Positions 63,201 to 64,000 of a stretch of DNA of 64,000 bases are shown here, piece after piece. The notes beneath the pieces are model-generated. The model ran no database searches. It was given only the letters and a program-made list of their open reading frames with translations, and had not been told where the DNA came from. The position numbers and the translations under genes are program-made. The stretch comes from an uncultured Nitrososphaerales archaeon (GTDB lineage: Archaea > Thermoproteota > Nitrososphaeria > Nitrososphaerales > Nitrososphaeraceae): contig CAVOHZ010000010.1 of assembly GCA_963695855.1 (NCBI GenBank), forward strand, positions 192,001 to 256,000, read 5' to 3'. Within the stretch, counting starts at the first letter, position 1. Each line of letters begins with the position of its first letter.

Positions 63201-63262
63201 TGACACACTAGCAATAAAGATATCGTATTTAAAATAGTTCACCTTTTTGATTACCAATTTTT

Positions 63263-64000
63263 AGAGCCTATCCCAAAAATAGATAGGAATATAGCTCATT
63301 GGTTTCTTATCATATCTGATAATGCTTAATAAAAAGTCTGTTAGTAGAACAATTATACGTATTCCAGATGACCTATGGTATGAAATTGAAGATATTTTAC
63401 CAGATGAGAAACCGGAGAACACCATAGGTCGTCCAATTGTTCCATACAGAAAAGTCCTTGATGGAATAATGTTTATACTAAGAACTGGATGTCAGTGGAA
63501 AATGTTACCCGAAGAATATGGTTCTGGTTCAACATGTCATAGAAGATTTCAAGAATGGGTACAATCAGATATATTTGATAGAATCTGGACAAGATTGCTA
63601 CAAATATATGATTTAACGAAGGGAATCAAATGGAACTGGCAATCACTTGACAGCATCTCTATAAAGTCACCTTTAGGGGGGCGAGGACAGGCCATAATCC
63701 TACTGACAGAAGCAAATTAGGCAGCAAAAGACATATTCTTACAGATAAAGATGGTAGTGTTCCTCTCTCTACTGTTATAACATCTGCGAATACTCACGAT
63801 GTTACTGTTGCAATTGATACAGTTGATAACATTGTAATCAAAAGACCATCATTATTATCCAAACCAAAGCATAACCAAATGAAACAGAATCTGTGTCTTG
63901 ATAAAGCATATCATTCCAAAGAAGTAGAACAAGAAATTATCAAGAGGTGATACATCCCACATATACGACACAGAAGAAGAAGAAAGAATATCTTCTACAA
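63263..64000 (+). mobile_element. IS5-family (IS427-like) element running off the window; two-frame transposase with premature TGA at 63948
   Basis: GRP, ILRTGCQW..LP..YGS.STCHRRFQEW, LDS; G6 run 63676-63681 then -1 frame GHNPTDRSKLGSKRHILTD...SANTHD...LDKAY. Confidence 0.88.

Noticed and set aside
844-63237. Many short antisense or overlapping ORFs in the track (e.g. 844-1041, 2459-2677, 38614-39051, 45798-46028, 45862-46272, 59301-59600)
   Set aside because: Shadows of well-supported genes on the other strand or frame; no motifs of their own

Overview
AT-rich (about 30% GC by eye) archaeal DNA. The gene set (archaeal rpl3, psmA, PAC2, purS/Q/L, secreted cupredoxin, thaumarchaeal-type integrase and signal-peptide relics) points to an ammonia-oxidiser relative of the Nitrososphaeraceae; this is inferred, as no amo genes are in the window. 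Bases 1-14.8 kb are housekeeping: rpl3, SPOUT methyltransferase, psmA, purC/S/Q/L/F, tRNA-Thr(TGT), argS and trmI. From about 14.9 kb to the end is an IS-riddled accessory region (about 11 IS copies or relics, including a nested IS-in-IS inside an NRAMP gene). Its intact cargo is functionally coherent: five USPs, CBS proteins, an M50-CBS protease, a COG2187 kinase-like protein, a dienelactone-hydrolase-like protein, a P-type ATPase, Dps, PolX, bacterial-type GAPDH, CoA-disulfide reductase, CoA-transferase and a group 3b-like [NiFe]-hydrogenase with hypF/C/D and a maturation protease. This inventory parallels the mycobacterial DosR hypoxia/dormancy regulon and is the best candidate for an undescribed system: a hypoxia-survival/H2-cycling island in a nitrifier-lineage archaeon. 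Embedded in it is a 6.7-kb segment bounded by 41-bp direct repeats that carries an integrase relic and a histone-H1-like, very basic repeat protein. No CRISPR array or rRNA was seen. All assignments come from motif recognition by eye, not database searches.
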